From Candidatus Omnitrophota bacterium (GTDB taxonomy: Bacteria > Omnitrophota > Gorgyraeia > JAFGHF01), in assembly GCA_042571705.1 (NCBI GenBank), contig JBHPFV010000006.1, positions 1 through 61,218 on the forward strand: DNA of 61,218 nucleotides. Direction: 5' to 3'. The position numbers and the translations under genes are program-made. Below, piece by piece: positions 16,237 to 27,004 of this stretch. Below the pieces are notes generated by a model that saw only the letters and a program-made list of their open reading frames with translations, had not been told where the DNA came from and searched no databases. Every line of letters starts with the position of its first letter. Positions within the stretch are counted from its first letter, which is position 1.

Positions 16237-18524
16237 GACCTGGTCCTATTTATTAGTAAGGCTGCGAGGACGAAGGTGTTTAGTAATGCGATGGCGATAC
16301 AGGTCTGGGTGATGCCGAGCAGCGGCACCAGGATCGCGCTGACTAACACCGCGCCCAGGAACGAGCCGAACAAATCCAGGCCCCGGGTTAACCCGGCAAT
16401 CCGGCCCAGGGCAGAGTTATCTTTGAGCATGATCTTGTTGGCTAAAGGAAATTGCACCCCGCCGATAAACCCGGAAATAACCGGTAAGATTGCAAAGACG
16501 ATGTTGCTGCCCCACCAGCTTAAATTCGGATTGGCCGTTGCCTGGCGTAAACCCACAAAGACTAACGGTAAGATCAACGGATAGAACGCAATCGCCACTT
16601 GGGTCTTAAGCAGCAAACCATAATCGTCGGTTAAGCTCTCCAACCTGCGCGTAATCAGCCAGCTGCCCAACAGCAGTCCGACCATGAAGAAACTTAAGAT
16701 TACTCCCAACTTATAATAAAGATAGCCATAGATTATTTGAAAGGCCAGCATAATTACCACCTGAAAACTCAATTCGGTCAGGCCGGTAGTAGAAACCGCC
16801 AGCAGCGTAGCCTTGAATTTTCCGTTGCGCCGGCTCTTAGTCCAAAGCGCAAACAAAAACACGGTCAAATAACCGCAGCCAAAATAACCCCAAAGCATCT
16901 CAGGCTTTAGCTTAACAAACAGACTGCGCCAAGGCTGATTAAAATAGGTGCTCCAAAGGACCATATCATAATAATAAGAGATCGGGCGAAAGTCGCGGTT
17001 AATCTGAGGCTTTTGCTCCGCGGCTAAACTTTGTTCCAAATAGGCGATCCGGTCAGCTGACAATTTAGCAAACAGATAGTATTCGCGCACATAACGGGTA
17101 TTAATCCCCCGCTGCTCCAGGCGCTTCAGAAGCTGTTTGTAATCATAGGTCAAAATGCCGCTTTCCTCGGCGGCTAAAAAATAAACTGTGTCTCCGGGAA
17201 TCATTTTAACTTCGCTGAACACTGCCGACAAAGTCTTCTGGATCGAAGATAAAAATTGCCGCTGTTCCCGATTGATAAAGTTTTCCGCGGAGCTTAAGCC
17301 GAAAGAAAACACGCCCTCCGGAGCGAGTATCTGTTGGACTTGTTGAAAGAATTCCCGAGTGTAAAATCTATTAATCTGAGCGGTATAGGGATCGCCCAGG
17401 AACATAATCACGCTATCATAAGGTTGAAAATCAGGCTTAAGACCGGCCCGCTGGACAAATAAGCGTCCATCCTGATGGAATAAGTTAACTCTTCTGTCTT
17501 CTAAGAATTCCGTGTAAGAGGCAGGCAGCAGATCTTTGCCCAAAGTAATAACTTCCGGATCCAGCTCTACATAATCGAGCTTAGCTACCGGATGCTTCAG
17601 GATCTCAGCGGCTAATCCGGCCAGGCCTCCGCCGATAAGTAAAACCCTCCGCGGTCGCGGGGTTTCTAAAAGGGCGAAATGCACGGCTTCTTCGCTGGCG
17701 GCGGCATCCGGCACAGTAAACATATATAGGCCGTTAGCAAAGAAGGAGTACTCAGCGTCCCTGCGGGTAACCGCCAGATTACTGTAAACGGAATCCTTAG
17801 TTTTTAAAAGATCGAACTTGCGCCATTGTCGAGCAATTGAGGCATCATTAATTTGCTCAGCTCCCTGACTAAAGAACAAGCCTAAGATCAGGGCAATTAA
17901 AATCAAATTTACAGCCTGGCTCAATCTCAGCGACCTTGATGGCGCCAGCCCACGCGCTAACCAATAAGCGCAAATCAGGTTTAATCCGGCCAGCCCTAAA
18001 ATGATGTAAAAGCCATCAAAATAGCGAATCAATAAAAAGCTCGTCAAGCAGCCGCCGCAAACCGCGCCGGCAGCTTCTAAGATATAGACCCAACCTATCT
18101 TTGTTACCTGGAGCTTTTGTTGCGGAAAGATCTTACAGGCCAGAGTGAACAAGAACCCCAAGATCAGGCAAGTTAAAGAAACGGCCAGGAAACTGAATCC
18201 GGCCATGGGTAAAAAACCAATAATTTCACCGGGCAGTACGGCTAAGAGATCCCCAGCACGGCGGATGGCTAAGATTGTGGCGATTAAGACCACTGATAGC
18301 ACGGTTTCTAAAACAGCGAATAATAATTCGCCGCGTTTAACCCGATCCGCGAAGCGACCCAGCCAACTGCCCAAAGCGCCCCAGAACAGCCAGGCCCCGA
18401 GCAAAAATCCTAAACAAACCTCATTGCCGTAAAAGACAACGATCAGCTGGCGCAAAAATACAATCTGCGCCGTCAGCGCCGTAAAACCGATAAGAAAAGC
18501 CGCCAGGACGATTGATTTTTTCAT
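16233..18524 (-). CDS. fused polytopic membrane / spermidine synthase-like (aminopropyltransferase fold) protein
   Basis: 763 aa. About 7 N-terminal TMs, a central SpeE-like domain (VLLIGGGLAGLAAEIL, YVELDPEV, HQDGRLFV, YDSVIMFLGDP) and about 6 further C-terminal TMs. Confidence 0.75.
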   Translation of the reverse strand: MKKSIVLAAFLIGFTALTAQIVFLRQLIVVFYGNEVCLGFLLGAWLFWGALGSWLGRFADRVKRGELLFAVLETVLSVVLIATILAIRRAGDLLAVLPGEIIGFLPMAGFSFLAVSLTCLILGFLFTLACKIFPQQKLQVTKIGWVYILEAAGAVCGGCLTSFLLIRYFDGFYIILGLAGLNLICAYWLARGLAPSRSLRLSQAVNLILIALILGLFFSQGAEQINDASIARQWRKFDLLKTKDSVYSNLAVTRRDAEYSFFANGLYMFTVPDAAASEEAVHFALLETPRPRRVLLIGGGLAGLAAEILKHPVAKLDYVELDPEVITLGKDLLPASYTEFLEDRRVNLFHQDGRLFVQRAGLKPDFQPYDSVIMFLGDPYTAQINRFYTREFFQQVQQILAPEGVFSFGLSSAENFINREQRQFLSSIQKTLSAVFSEVKMIPGDTVYFLAAEESGILTYDYKQLLKRLEQRGINTRYVREYYLFAKLSADRIAYLEQSLAAEQKPQINRDFRPISYYYDMVLWSTYFNQPWRSLFVKLKPEMLWGYFGCGYLTVFLFALWTKSRRNGKFKATLLAVSTTGLTELSFQVVIMLAFQIIYGYLYYKLGVILSFFMVGLLLGSWLITRRLESLTDDYGLLLKTQVAIAFYPLILPLVFVGLRQATANPNLSWWGSNIVFAILPVISGFIGGVQFPLANKIMLKDNSALGRIAGLTRGLDLFGSFLGAVLVSAILVPLLGITQTCIAIALLNTFVLAALLINRTRS

Positions 18525-18539
18525 TTTTTAAGAGAGGTC

Positions 18540-19676
18540 CTACCAGATGCCGGGTATCGAACGGCTGCAGGATTTACATTTGCCGTTTACGATGTTGTTT
18601 TGCTTAATAGAATAGCCGATTCTTTCGAAAAGCAAAACTTTGCAATCCGGGCAATAGGTGTGTCCTCCGGGATGGCCGGGCAGATTACCGATATAGACGA
18701 ATTTTAAGCCTGTTTTTTCGGCGACTGCCCTGGCCTGCTCCAGCGTAGCTACAGGAGTAAGGTAGAGATTTTTCAACTTATATATTGGCGTAAAACGGGA
18801 AAAATGCAGCGGTGTCTCCGGACCCAAATTATCCCTAATCCAGACGCACATCTTCTCGATAGTCCGCAGATCATCATTTAAAGTAGGGACAACTAAATTA
18901 GTGATTTCCAGCCAGACCCCTTCTTGCTTAAATATTTTTAGCGCCTTTAACAGCGGCTCCAGTTCCTGAGCGCAGACTTCGCGCAGATATTTGGGGTCAA
19001 AACTTTTTAAATCCACATTGGCCGCATCGATATATTTGCAAAGTTCTCTTAAAGGCTGTTCATTAATATAGCCGGCGGTGACCATCACATTCTTTAATCC
19101 GGCAGCTTGAGCCAATTTTGCCGTATCTAACATGTACTCATAGAAGACGATCGGCTCAGAATACGTATAGGCAATAGAGGCGCAATTATTTTTTAGTGTG
19201 AGGTCCACGACTTTTTGCGGCCCCATCTCAACATTGTAAGTTTCTTCCGGGGGACGCTGCGAGATAGTCCAATTCTGGCAAAATTTACAGCGTAAGTTAC
19301 ATCCGGCGGTAGCAATAGAAAAGGCTAGACTTTCCGGTAAGACATGAAACAGGGGTTTTTTTTCAATCGGGTCGATATGGTAAGAACAGGGATTTCCGTA
19401 AACTAAAGTATGGAGTTCGCCGGCGCGAGCCTCTCTGACCCGGCAGACTCCACGCATCCCCTCCATCAACAGGCACCTGTGCGGACAAAGCTCACACTGC
19501 AGAGTCCCCTGATCTATCTTTGTATAATGCGCGGCAATATGCCTACCCAGCGGAGTTTTCTTTGCCGCGTAAGCTGCCCTTGGCCCGCTCAAAAGACCGC
19601 CCAAGGAAAGGCCTGCGGTTATACCCGTTAAAATCAGGCTGCCTTTTTTGATAAATTCTCTGCGGCTAATTTTCAT
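18540..19676 (-). CDS. AmmeMemoRadiSam-type radical SAM enzyme with a twin-arginine (Tat) signal peptide
   Basis: 378 aa. N-terminus MKISRREFIKKGSLILTGITAGLSLGG...AYA. Radical SAM motif CNLRCKFCQNW. Upstream Cys-rich segment CELCPHRC...C. C-terminal zinc ribbon CPDC...CKSC. Confidence 0.8.
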   Translation of the reverse strand: MKISRREFIKKGSLILTGITAGLSLGGLLSGPRAAYAAKKTPLGRHIAAHYTKIDQGTLQCELCPHRCLLMEGMRGVCRVREARAGELHTLVYGNPCSYHIDPIEKKPLFHVLPESLAFSIATAGCNLRCKFCQNWTISQRPPEETYNVEMGPQKVVDLTLKNNCASIAYTYSEPIVFYEYMLDTAKLAQAAGLKNVMVTAGYINEQPLRELCKYIDAANVDLKSFDPKYLREVCAQELEPLLKALKIFKQEGVWLEITNLVVPTLNDDLRTIEKMCVWIRDNLGPETPLHFSRFTPIYKLKNLYLTPVATLEQARAVAEKTGLKFVYIGNLPGHPGGHTYCPDCKVLLFERIGYSIKQNNIVNGKCKSCSRSIPGIW

Positions 19677-20202
19677 CTTCTCTGACTGCTCTTGAGATAG
19701 CCAGGGTCAATTTTTTGTAGAATTTATCGCTGTGCTTATATTCAATGCGGCAATGGTAGAGGCGGCCTTTGGTATCGGTGATTTTAAGAATCCGGGCGGT
19801 TTTAATGTTTGGTTTAATTTTTATAGTCCGGATATGCTTCCAAGGAATAAATTTTGTCTTGCGCCAATAAAAGAAGATGCCCAGGGTCGCTGCCTTGGAC
19901 CAGCCTAAGGAACCCAGCGTGCCTAAATCAACTCCCTCTTTGAAAATTTTGATCGGCCGGCCAAACAACGAGACTAAAAAGACATTAAAAATATACAGCG
20001 CCCCCAGGCCCATCACCAGGCGAAAATATTCGGGTACATCCATATAAGAAAAAAATCCGAAAAAAGCAAACAACAGGGCCAAGAGTATAATCGGGATAAA
20101 GATTACTCCTAAGACGATCACGCTGATTAAAGCAAAAATATTGCCTTCTTTTAACCGCGCCAGCGCCGAATAGTCCTCAAACAATAGATTTAGCTCTGCC
20201 AT
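19666..20202 (-). CDS. hypothetical membrane protein
   Basis: 178 aa with 3-4 hydrophobic helices and a basic C-terminal soluble domain. Translationally coupled on both sides; no family recognised. Confidence 0.5.
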   Translation of the reverse strand: MAELNLLFEDYSALARLKEGNIFALISVIVLGVIFIPIILLALLFAFFGFFSYMDVPEYFRLVMGLGALYIFNVFLVSLFGRPIKIFKEGVDLGTLGSLGWSKAATLGIFFYWRKTKFIPWKHIRTIKIKPNIKTARILKITDTKGRLYHCRIEYKHSDKFYKKLTLAISRAVREDEN

Positions 20203-20203
20203 T

Positions 20204-21010
20204 TTATATTCCGATCAAACAGATCCGGTTTCGCTCAGCCAGTTTTAAGCACTGCTCTTTTTCCAGCATAAAGGTCTTTCCCGCTTCCATGGCTAAAACA
20301 GAACAGCCGGCCGCAGCCAAAGCCTCTAAAGTCCGCGGGCCGACAAAGGGAATATCAAAACGCATATCTTGGCGAGGTTTGCCGACCTTAACCACCACCG
20401 CCCCTGTTTTTCCTAAGGCCCCGCCGCGCTTAATGGTGGCATCGGTACCCTCAATCGCCTCAATCGCCAGAATCGCCTTTTCCCGGACCACCACTGTCTG
20501 GCCAATGTCCAGCCCGGCGATGCGCTTAGCTATCTTGCGGCCAAAAGCAATGTCCTGACACTGCGCCGGTGTCGGCGCCGACCTGGTCAAGGCCCCGCGC
20601 CGGACCAGGAAATCCTTTAAAAACAGCGTGGAGTCTAAAAGTTTAATTCCGGAGCGGCTCAACAACTTGGCAATGCCGCCAATCAGCGAATCGGTCCTTT
20701 TGTCTTTTACTCTATTTAAGAACCGCTTTAAGTTGTCGTCCATGGCAATGTTTTTTTCAAAGATCCGGCCATGTTTAATCTGACCGCACATCACCACTTT
20801 CTTTAGTTTCTCTTTTCTTAAAATCTTAAAGAAATCACCCAGGCTGCCCACTCCGATCCAGTGAATAGACTGGACATAATTCGCCAGTTCGGGGTCCGTC
20901 TCTTCCTTAATGGCCAAGGCCACCACTGTCCGGCCTTGGCGCGCGGCCGCCTGGGCAAAAATAATGGGAAATTGTCCATTTCCCGCAATTAAACCGATCC
21001 GTTCAGCCAT
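20204..21010 (-). CDS. lpxI: UDP-2,3-diacylglucosamine pyrophosphatase LpxI (DUF1009)
   Basis: 268 aa with RIGLIAGNGQFPI at the N-terminus. Positioned directly after lpxA, as in other LpxI-using bacteria. Confidence 0.8.
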   Translation of the reverse strand: MAERIGLIAGNGQFPIIFAQAAARQGRTVVALAIKEETDPELANYVQSIHWIGVGSLGDFFKILRKEKLKKVVMCGQIKHGRIFEKNIAMDDNLKRFLNRVKDKRTDSLIGGIAKLLSRSGIKLLDSTLFLKDFLVRRGALTRSAPTPAQCQDIAFGRKIAKRIAGLDIGQTVVVREKAILAIEAIEGTDATIKRGGALGKTGAVVVKVGKPRQDMRFDIPFVGPRTLEALAAAGCSVLAMEAGKTFMLEKEQCLKLAERNRICLIGI

Positions 21011-21034
21011 AAGATTAAAGATTTTGATTTTTCT

Positions 21035-21814
21035 CTAACGGCAGACTCCGCGTTGAGAATTTTTAATAAAATTAAGCAGGTGAGTTACTTCCGGGGTAGG
21101 CGGTAATTCCTGTTCGGCTTTTTTCAAGGCGTGAGGAATAGTTAAACCGGAATTAAACAAAATTGTAAAGGCATGCTTAAGAGTGACTTTGGCCTGTTTA
21201 TCTATTCCGGCGCGCTCTAAGCCTACCTTATTTAAACTACGCACCCGGGCCGGATGACCATCACACAGCGAATATGGGGGAATATCTTGAATTACTTTAG
21301 AGCAACCGCCGACAATAGCAACCGCGCCAATACGCACAAATTGGTGCACCGCGGCTAAACCGCCCAGGATGGCCCGATCTTCGACCACGATGTGTCCGGC
21401 CAGAGTAGCTACGTTGGCTAAAACTACGCCGTTACCAATCACGCAATCATGAGCAATGTGGGCATAAGCCATAATCAAGTTGTCGTTGCCGATTACGGTT
21501 TTCTCGCTGGCTTCGGTGCCTAGATTAACAGTCACATATTCCCTGATTATATTATTGTCGCCGATGATAACTTCGGTCGGCTCTCCCACATATTTTTTAT
21601 CCTGAGGCACGCTGCCAATGACCGCTCCGGTAAACAGCTGGCAATTCTGACCAATGCTGGTCTGGCCTGTAATCACGCAATGATCGCCGATTTTGCTTCC
21701 GGCGCCAATAGTAACCTCTGGTCCGATAATCGCATAGTGACCGATTTCTACATCATCGGCTAATTGGGCGCCAGGGGCAACTTGCGCTGTGGATTGAATA
21801 TTGGCATTAAGCAT
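21035..21814 (-). CDS. lpxA: acyl-ACP--UDP-GlcNAc O-acyltransferase
   Basis: 259 aa with left-handed beta-helix hexapeptide repeats and the LpxA C-terminal helical domain. Confidence 0.9.
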   Translation of the reverse strand: MLNANIQSTAQVAPGAQLADDVEIGHYAIIGPEVTIGAGSKIGDHCVITGQTSIGQNCQLFTGAVIGSVPQDKKYVGEPTEVIIGDNNIIREYVTVNLGTEASEKTVIGNDNLIMAYAHIAHDCVIGNGVVLANVATLAGHIVVEDRAILGGLAAVHQFVRIGAVAIVGGCSKVIQDIPPYSLCDGHPARVRSLNKVGLERAGIDKQAKVTLKHAFTILFNSGLTIPHALKKAEQELPPTPEVTHLLNFIKNSQRGVCR

Positions 21815-23096
21815 CTTTGGATACCAGGCTAAACATCATTTCCGCCTCAGCGGCGAGCTTTTTCTCCACGAACGCCCGGCCGCGAATCTGCATGGTCTTG
21901 GATTTTATCCGGACCACATCGATATGCAGTAATAATTGGTCACCGGGAAGTACGGTCTTTCTGAACTTGACCTTATCGATACTCATAAAATAAGCCAGTT
22001 TGCCGCGATTCTCAGGACGGGAAAGCATCAAGATCCCCGCCGCCTGAGCCAGGGCCTCAACAATTAACACTCCGGGCATCACCGGACGCTCAGGAAAGTG
22101 CCCGGTAAAGAACTGCTCATTGACGGTGACATTTTTCACGCCGATAATATGCTTTCCTTCTTTAAACTCTAAGATCTTATCGACCAAAAGAAAAGGATAG
22201 CGGTGCGGCAAAATCTGCATAATCTTCTCAATATCAAACGGAGGCAGGATGCCATTGGATTGGGGCTGAGTTTTCTTTAATTTACGCAGCAGTTGAATAT
22301 TTAAAGGGTGGCCGCTTTTTACGGCCACCACATGCGCCTTAATCACCGGGGCCAACAGGCAAAAGTCACCGATGATGTCCAGGACTTTATGCCGGGCGAA
22401 TTCATCCTCAAAAGTCGTGCTGCCCTCGACTACGCCGCTTTTGCCCACGACAACAGTATTGTCCCGTGTCGCGCCGCGGCCTAAGCCTTGAGCCCGCAGT
22501 GGTTCCACTTCTGTTTCTAAACAGAAGGTCTTGCAAGGGATCAGTTCCTTGCTAAAACTCTGCTCAGTGACTATTAAATTTAAGTACTGATGCAAATTAG
22601 TCTCGGGGTAATCTAAGGTATAAGAAATTCTAAAGGAGTCACTGGGGAAAACAGCCAAAAAGGCATCTGTTCCGTTCATTGAGAAAGGCCGCTCAACCAC
22701 AAAAGTGCTTTTAGGACCGGCCAACTCTACAATGCCGGCCGCCTTTAAAATGTTACAGAAACCGGCCGCGGCTCCGTCTAAGGCCGGGATCTCCTCGGCA
22801 TCAACCTCAATAATGATGTTGTCGATCCCTAAACCAAATAATGCCGAGAGCAAATGCTCTACGGTATGGACCTCGGCTGAGTCAACTCTTAAGGAAGTCC
22901 GGCGCAGGCTTAAGCTTTCCTCAATGACATTGCTGATTGAGGCGCAAATAGTAGGCCGATTGGGCAAGTCGACGCGAACGAAATTGATGCCTGAGTCCTG
23001 CTGTGCCGGCTTAAAGCACAGCTCTACTTTCTTGCCGGTATGAATACCCGTTCCTTTGACTTTAGCGGCCTTTTTGATTGTCTTTTGTCGTTCCAT
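21807..23096 (-). CDS. lpxC/fabZ: bifunctional UDP-3-O-acyl-GlcNAc deacetylase / 3-hydroxyacyl-ACP dehydratase
   Basis: 429 aa. LpxC N-terminal ~280 aa ([20 protein letters not shown]), then FabZ hotdog ([27 protein letters not shown]). Confidence 0.9.
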   Translation of the reverse strand: MERQKTIKKAAKVKGTGIHTGKKVELCFKPAQQDSGINFVRVDLPNRPTICASISNVIEESLSLRRTSLRVDSAEVHTVEHLLSALFGLGIDNIIIEVDAEEIPALDGAAAGFCNILKAAGIVELAGPKSTFVVERPFSMNGTDAFLAVFPSDSFRISYTLDYPETNLHQYLNLIVTEQSFSKELIPCKTFCLETEVEPLRAQGLGRGATRDNTVVVGKSGVVEGSTTFEDEFARHKVLDIIGDFCLLAPVIKAHVVAVKSGHPLNIQLLRKLKKTQPQSNGILPPFDIEKIMQILPHRYPFLLVDKILEFKEGKHIIGVKNVTVNEQFFTGHFPERPVMPGVLIVEALAQAAGILMLSRPENRGKLAYFMSIDKVKFRKTVLPGDQLLLHIDVVRIKSKTMQIRGRAFVEKKLAAEAEMMFSLVSKDA

Positions 23097-23123
23097 TTTT
23101 AGCTTTTAGCCTTTTTAGGTTGG

Positions 23124-24149
23124 CTATTTTTCTGAGATATCCTCAAGCTTCTTCTCTAACTCGGCTACCTTCTTAAATAAATCAGGCAATTTTTGAATAA
23201 AGGCGTTAATTCGTTTAGCCAGATGATGCGGTTTGGCCGGGTATCCGGAAACGCAGGTATTGGCGGGTACGCTTTTGGTCACTCCGGCTTGTCCGGCAAC
23301 CACACTATTCTCACCCACAGTAATGTGGCCGACTACGCCGGACTGACCGGCCAAAGTAACATTTTTGCCAATTACGGTGCTTCCTGAAATACCTGTTTGG
23401 GCCACGATAATGCAGTTCTCGCCAATAGTCACATTGTGGGCAATCTGGACCAGATTATCAATCTTGGTGCCCCGGCCGATAATAGTCTTATCGAATCGGG
23501 CCCGATCAATGGTAACATTAGCGCCGATCTCCACGTCATCCTCAACCACTACTGTGCCGATCTGAGGAATTTTATGATGCATGCCCCTGACTTTGGCAAA
23601 GCCAAAACCGTCACTGCCGAGGACCGTTCCATTATGCACAACTACACGATCTCCGAGCTGGACCCTTTCTCTGACTGAAACAAAGGGATAAATAACGCAA
23701 TTCCGGCCGATCTTGGCCTGCTGGCCGACATAAACACCGGCATAAAGTATGGTTTCATCCCCGATCTCAGCGCCATCCTCAATCACACAAAAGGCCTGAA
23801 TAGCCACCCCTTGGCCCAATTTTACATTTTCACCTATTACCGCGCTGGGATGTACCCCTTGGGGCTGTTTCATTTGATTGGGCGCGAACAAAGAGACCGT
23901 CTGGGCAAAAGCCAAAGAAGGGTTTTCCGTGCGGATAATCGGCTTAGCCGCTTTCTGGACATCCCGGGAAGTGATGATCGCTGAAGCCGCGGTCTGGTCA
24001 ATTAAAGCAAAGTACTTGGAGTTGGCGACAAAGGCAATCTCACCGGGCGCGGCCTCCTTGATGCCGGAAACTCCCCTAATAGTAACGGAGGCATCACCGA
24101 TGACCTCACCATCTAAGATTTTGGCTAACTCACTTAACGTCTTTTCCAT
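23124..24149 (-). CDS. lpxD: UDP-3-O-acylglucosamine N-acyltransferase
   Basis: 341 aa with the LpxD N-terminal domain and long hexapeptide-repeat beta-helix. Confidence 0.9.
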   Translation of the reverse strand: MEKTLSELAKILDGEVIGDASVTIRGVSGIKEAAPGEIAFVANSKYFALIDQTAASAIITSRDVQKAAKPIIRTENPSLAFAQTVSLFAPNQMKQPQGVHPSAVIGENVKLGQGVAIQAFCVIEDGAEIGDETILYAGVYVGQQAKIGRNCVIYPFVSVRERVQLGDRVVVHNGTVLGSDGFGFAKVRGMHHKIPQIGTVVVEDDVEIGANVTIDRARFDKTIIGRGTKIDNLVQIAHNVTIGENCIIVAQTGISGSTVIGKNVTLAGQSGVVGHITVGENSVVAGQAGVTKSVPANTCVSGYPAKPHHLAKRINAFIQKLPDLFKKVAELEKKLEDISEK

Positions 24150-24161
24150 ATCCTCTGCGCG

Positions 24162-24665
24162 TTATTTCTTATATCGTTGGTTTAAGACCTTAACTATGTC
24201 TTCGGTTACATCCAGAGTGTCTACTTTATAAAGGAGCAGGGTATCATCAAGGATGATATTGTATTTACGGCTTTGGCCGTATTCATCAATTACGCCCTTA
24301 ACCTCTTTCATGATCTCGCGAAATTTCTCGTCTCTATCTTGGCGCAGGTCGGTGCGGGTCTGATAGGTAAAATCTTGCAGCTGTTTGACCTTGGCATCGA
24401 GCTCCAGCTGTTTCTTTTCCTTTTGCTTATCCTTTAATAGCTCGATTTTCTCGCGTAAGGCCTTGATTTCTTTGACTAGTTTTTCCCTTTCGCTGTTTTT
24501 GCTTTCGGCCTCTTTGAGCAGCTGGTCTTCTCCATCAGTCACCCTTTTGTAATCATCCAATACTTTCTTCAGATTAATAAACCCGATCTTGAAATCTTCG
24601 GCATAAACCGAACCGGCCGCGGTCAAAAACAACACTACTACCAATATCGCTATAATCTTACGCAT
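24162..24665 (-). CDS. skp: OmpH/Skp-family periplasmic chaperone
   Basis: 167 aa with a signal peptide and K/E-rich coiled coil. Canonical position between bamA and lpxD. Confidence 0.8.
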   Translation of the reverse strand: MRKIIAILVVVLFLTAAGSVYAEDFKIGFINLKKVLDDYKRVTDGEDQLLKEAESKNSEREKLVKEIKALREKIELLKDKQKEKKQLELDAKVKQLQDFTYQTRTDLRQDRDEKFREIMKEVKGVIDEYGQSRKYNIILDDTLLLYKVDTLDVTEDIVKVLNQRYKK

Positions 24666-24694
24666 CTTTCCTTCTCCTTTACCTCGTTTTTGCG

Positions 24695-27004
24695 TTAAAA
24701 GCCTCGGCTCATACTGAAGTGAAACCGGCCTTCTTTATCTTCGCCTGCATCTACTTCCAAGGGATAGCCGTAATCCAGCTTGACCGGACCAACGGGAGTC
24801 TTGACCCTGACGCCAAGTCCGGCGCTATACTTAAAATCGCCGCTGGCAAATTCTCCCAACTTATTCCAGACATTACCAAAATCAGTAAAAACGGCTAACT
24901 TAAAGAACTTCAATACCGGATAGGTCAACTCGCAAGTGCCATACAGGGTGGATTCGCCTCCTACCGGCTCTCCAGTGATATCCTTAGGACCTACGTCGCG
25001 TTCCTTAAACCCCCTAATCGTATTGGTGCCGCCGGCGTAAAACCGTTCATAGATCGGCACCGAATTTGTATCTTCAAAGCTATCGCACCCTCCGGCAACT
25101 GCCTTAACCTGTAAAAGCAGCTTAGCCCCTAACAGTCTGTAGTAATCAAGTCCGCCAATCAGCTTATAGAAGTCTTTGTCCTGTCCTAAGAATCCGCCGG
25201 CCACCTCAGAAGAAACCGACAATACCAATCCCCGGGAAGGACTAAATATGTTGTCGCGGGTATCTCTGGTAATTGACAAAAACATCGAACTTACGGTATT
25301 CTCTCCCACCTCACTCAGTAAGGCGAGCGAGGCCCCGCTGGGCACATTGGCGATGTCCACCTTCTCAATTTTATACATCCAATCCGCGCGCACATATTCG
25401 CTGAACTCTTTGCCTAAGCGGATATCCCCGCCCAATCTTTCCTCATCATAGCTATAGCCGGTAGTCCCTGACCTGTCGCGCAGCGTATTAAAGGCATCCA
25501 CCCCAAAGGATAAGGGATAGCCAAATATCCAAGGCTCGGTAAAGCTTAAATCATATTGCCTGGAGGTACTGCCTAATTCCATCTTCAAGCGCAGGTCTTG
25601 TCCGGCCCCGGTAAAGGTCTGCCAATTAGTAATGTCAAAATTCTTCTGGGCTATTTCCGCAAAACCGACAAATTTTTCTACAGAACTAAACCCGGCCCCG
25701 AAAGCAAACTCACCGGTCTTGGCCTCTTTGACATTGACAATCAAATCCCGGTTATTCGCGGTCTTGGTCGGCTCAGTATCATAGCTTACTTCCTGGAAAA
25801 AGCCTAAATTATAAAGCCTTTCTTTGCTGCGGGTTAATTTGGCGCCGTCAAATGCCTCGCCGGGATAAGAACGCAGCTCTCTCCTGATCACGATGTCTTT
25901 TGTTTTGGTGTTGCCCCTGATCTTAATTTTATTAATATAGGCCAATTCATTCTCGATTATTTCATAGACTAGATTGATTTTTCCGCTTTTTGCGTCCAGG
26001 ATGGTATCTACGTCTACCTCGGCAGTGATATATCCTCTTTCAAAATAAAAGGTTTGCATCTTGGCGACCTCATATCTTAACTGGTCGCGATTAAATATAT
26101 CGCCGGTTTTAAGCGCCAGCGTATTTCTTAGCTCCCGCTCCGGGAAAATCACTGTGCCTTTAAGCGAGATCTCACCCACCAAATATTGTTTACCTTCGAC
26201 CAGCGTAATAGTAATCCGCAAATCTTTGCCTTCCGGGCCCAGCGAATCCCGCGAACTTACCTGGACATCTAAAAAACCGTTTTGCCGGTAAAAGGCGGTG
26301 ATCCGCTCCAAATCCAGCTCTAAGACCTCTTCTTTGTAAACACCCGAAGTAAATAAGGTATCGCGGCGGGTGCGGATCAGCTTGAGAATCTTCTTATCCT
26401 TAAACTTCTCATTGCCCTCCACAATAATCTCTTTTATCTTGACCCGGGTCTTCTCTTGAATATTAATCACTATCTTGGCTTCGTTAGAGGCCGCATCAAC
26501 CTGCAGCTCATAATCAATATCAGCTAGCGGAAATCCCCGGCCTTCATAATTCTTTTGGATATCACGCATATCTTGCTTGAGCTGCTGGAGGTCGAAGAAT
26601 TCTCCGGTTTTAGACTTAATCAACTCTTTTAACTTCCCCTCGCGGATGGTCTTGACCCCGGAAAGATTAATTTCGGTGATAATCGGTAACTCCTCTACTC
26701 TAAAGATCACCGCCACCCCGTCCTGATGGTCCTGCAGGTCGATTTTGATATCGGTAAAATAACCCAGCGAATACAGCCGCTTCAAATCATCGCTGGCCAC
26801 TAGCTGTGAGAAGGGAATGCCTTTTTTTGTCCTGACTTTAGAGAGGATGGTCGCGCCGCTGATATTTGTATTGCCTTGCACATCCAGCTTGGTGACTACC
26901 TTACCGGAAAAATCTTCCTCTGCGTAAACAGATAGATTAAACCCGCAACTTAAAAATAAAACTATACAAAGAATAGTGTTCAGCTTCAAAATTTTAATCC
27001 TCAC
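24695..27004 (-). CDS. bamA: outer membrane protein assembly factor BamA
   Basis: 769 aa with a signal peptide, POTRA repeats, a C-terminal beta-barrel and a terminal ...SMSRGF. Confidence 0.9.
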   Translation of the reverse strand: MRIKILKLNTILCIVLFLSCGFNLSVYAEEDFSGKVVTKLDVQGNTNISGATILSKVRTKKGIPFSQLVASDDLKRLYSLGYFTDIKIDLQDHQDGVAVIFRVEELPIITEINLSGVKTIREGKLKELIKSKTGEFFDLQQLKQDMRDIQKNYEGRGFPLADIDYELQVDAASNEAKIVINIQEKTRVKIKEIIVEGNEKFKDKKILKLIRTRRDTLFTSGVYKEEVLELDLERITAFYRQNGFLDVQVSSRDSLGPEGKDLRITITLVEGKQYLVGEISLKGTVIFPERELRNTLALKTGDIFNRDQLRYEVAKMQTFYFERGYITAEVDVDTILDAKSGKINLVYEIIENELAYINKIKIRGNTKTKDIVIRRELRSYPGEAFDGAKLTRSKERLYNLGFFQEVSYDTEPTKTANNRDLIVNVKEAKTGEFAFGAGFSSVEKFVGFAEIAQKNFDITNWQTFTGAGQDLRLKMELGSTSRQYDLSFTEPWIFGYPLSFGVDAFNTLRDRSGTTGYSYDEERLGGDIRLGKEFSEYVRADWMYKIEKVDIANVPSGASLALLSEVGENTVSSMFLSITRDTRDNIFSPSRGLVLSVSSEVAGGFLGQDKDFYKLIGGLDYYRLLGAKLLLQVKAVAGGCDSFEDTNSVPIYERFYAGGTNTIRGFKERDVGPKDITGEPVGGESTLYGTCELTYPVLKFFKLAVFTDFGNVWNKLGEFASGDFKYSAGLGVRVKTPVGPVKLDYGYPLEVDAGEDKEGRFHFSMSRGF

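Noticed and set aside
16235-16247. Palindrome AGGACCTGGTCCT at the stop codon of the spermidine-synthase-like gene
   Set aside because: Most of it lies inside coding sequence. It is a single occurrence and only loosely resembles the GGAACNGTTCC sites, so it may be chance.
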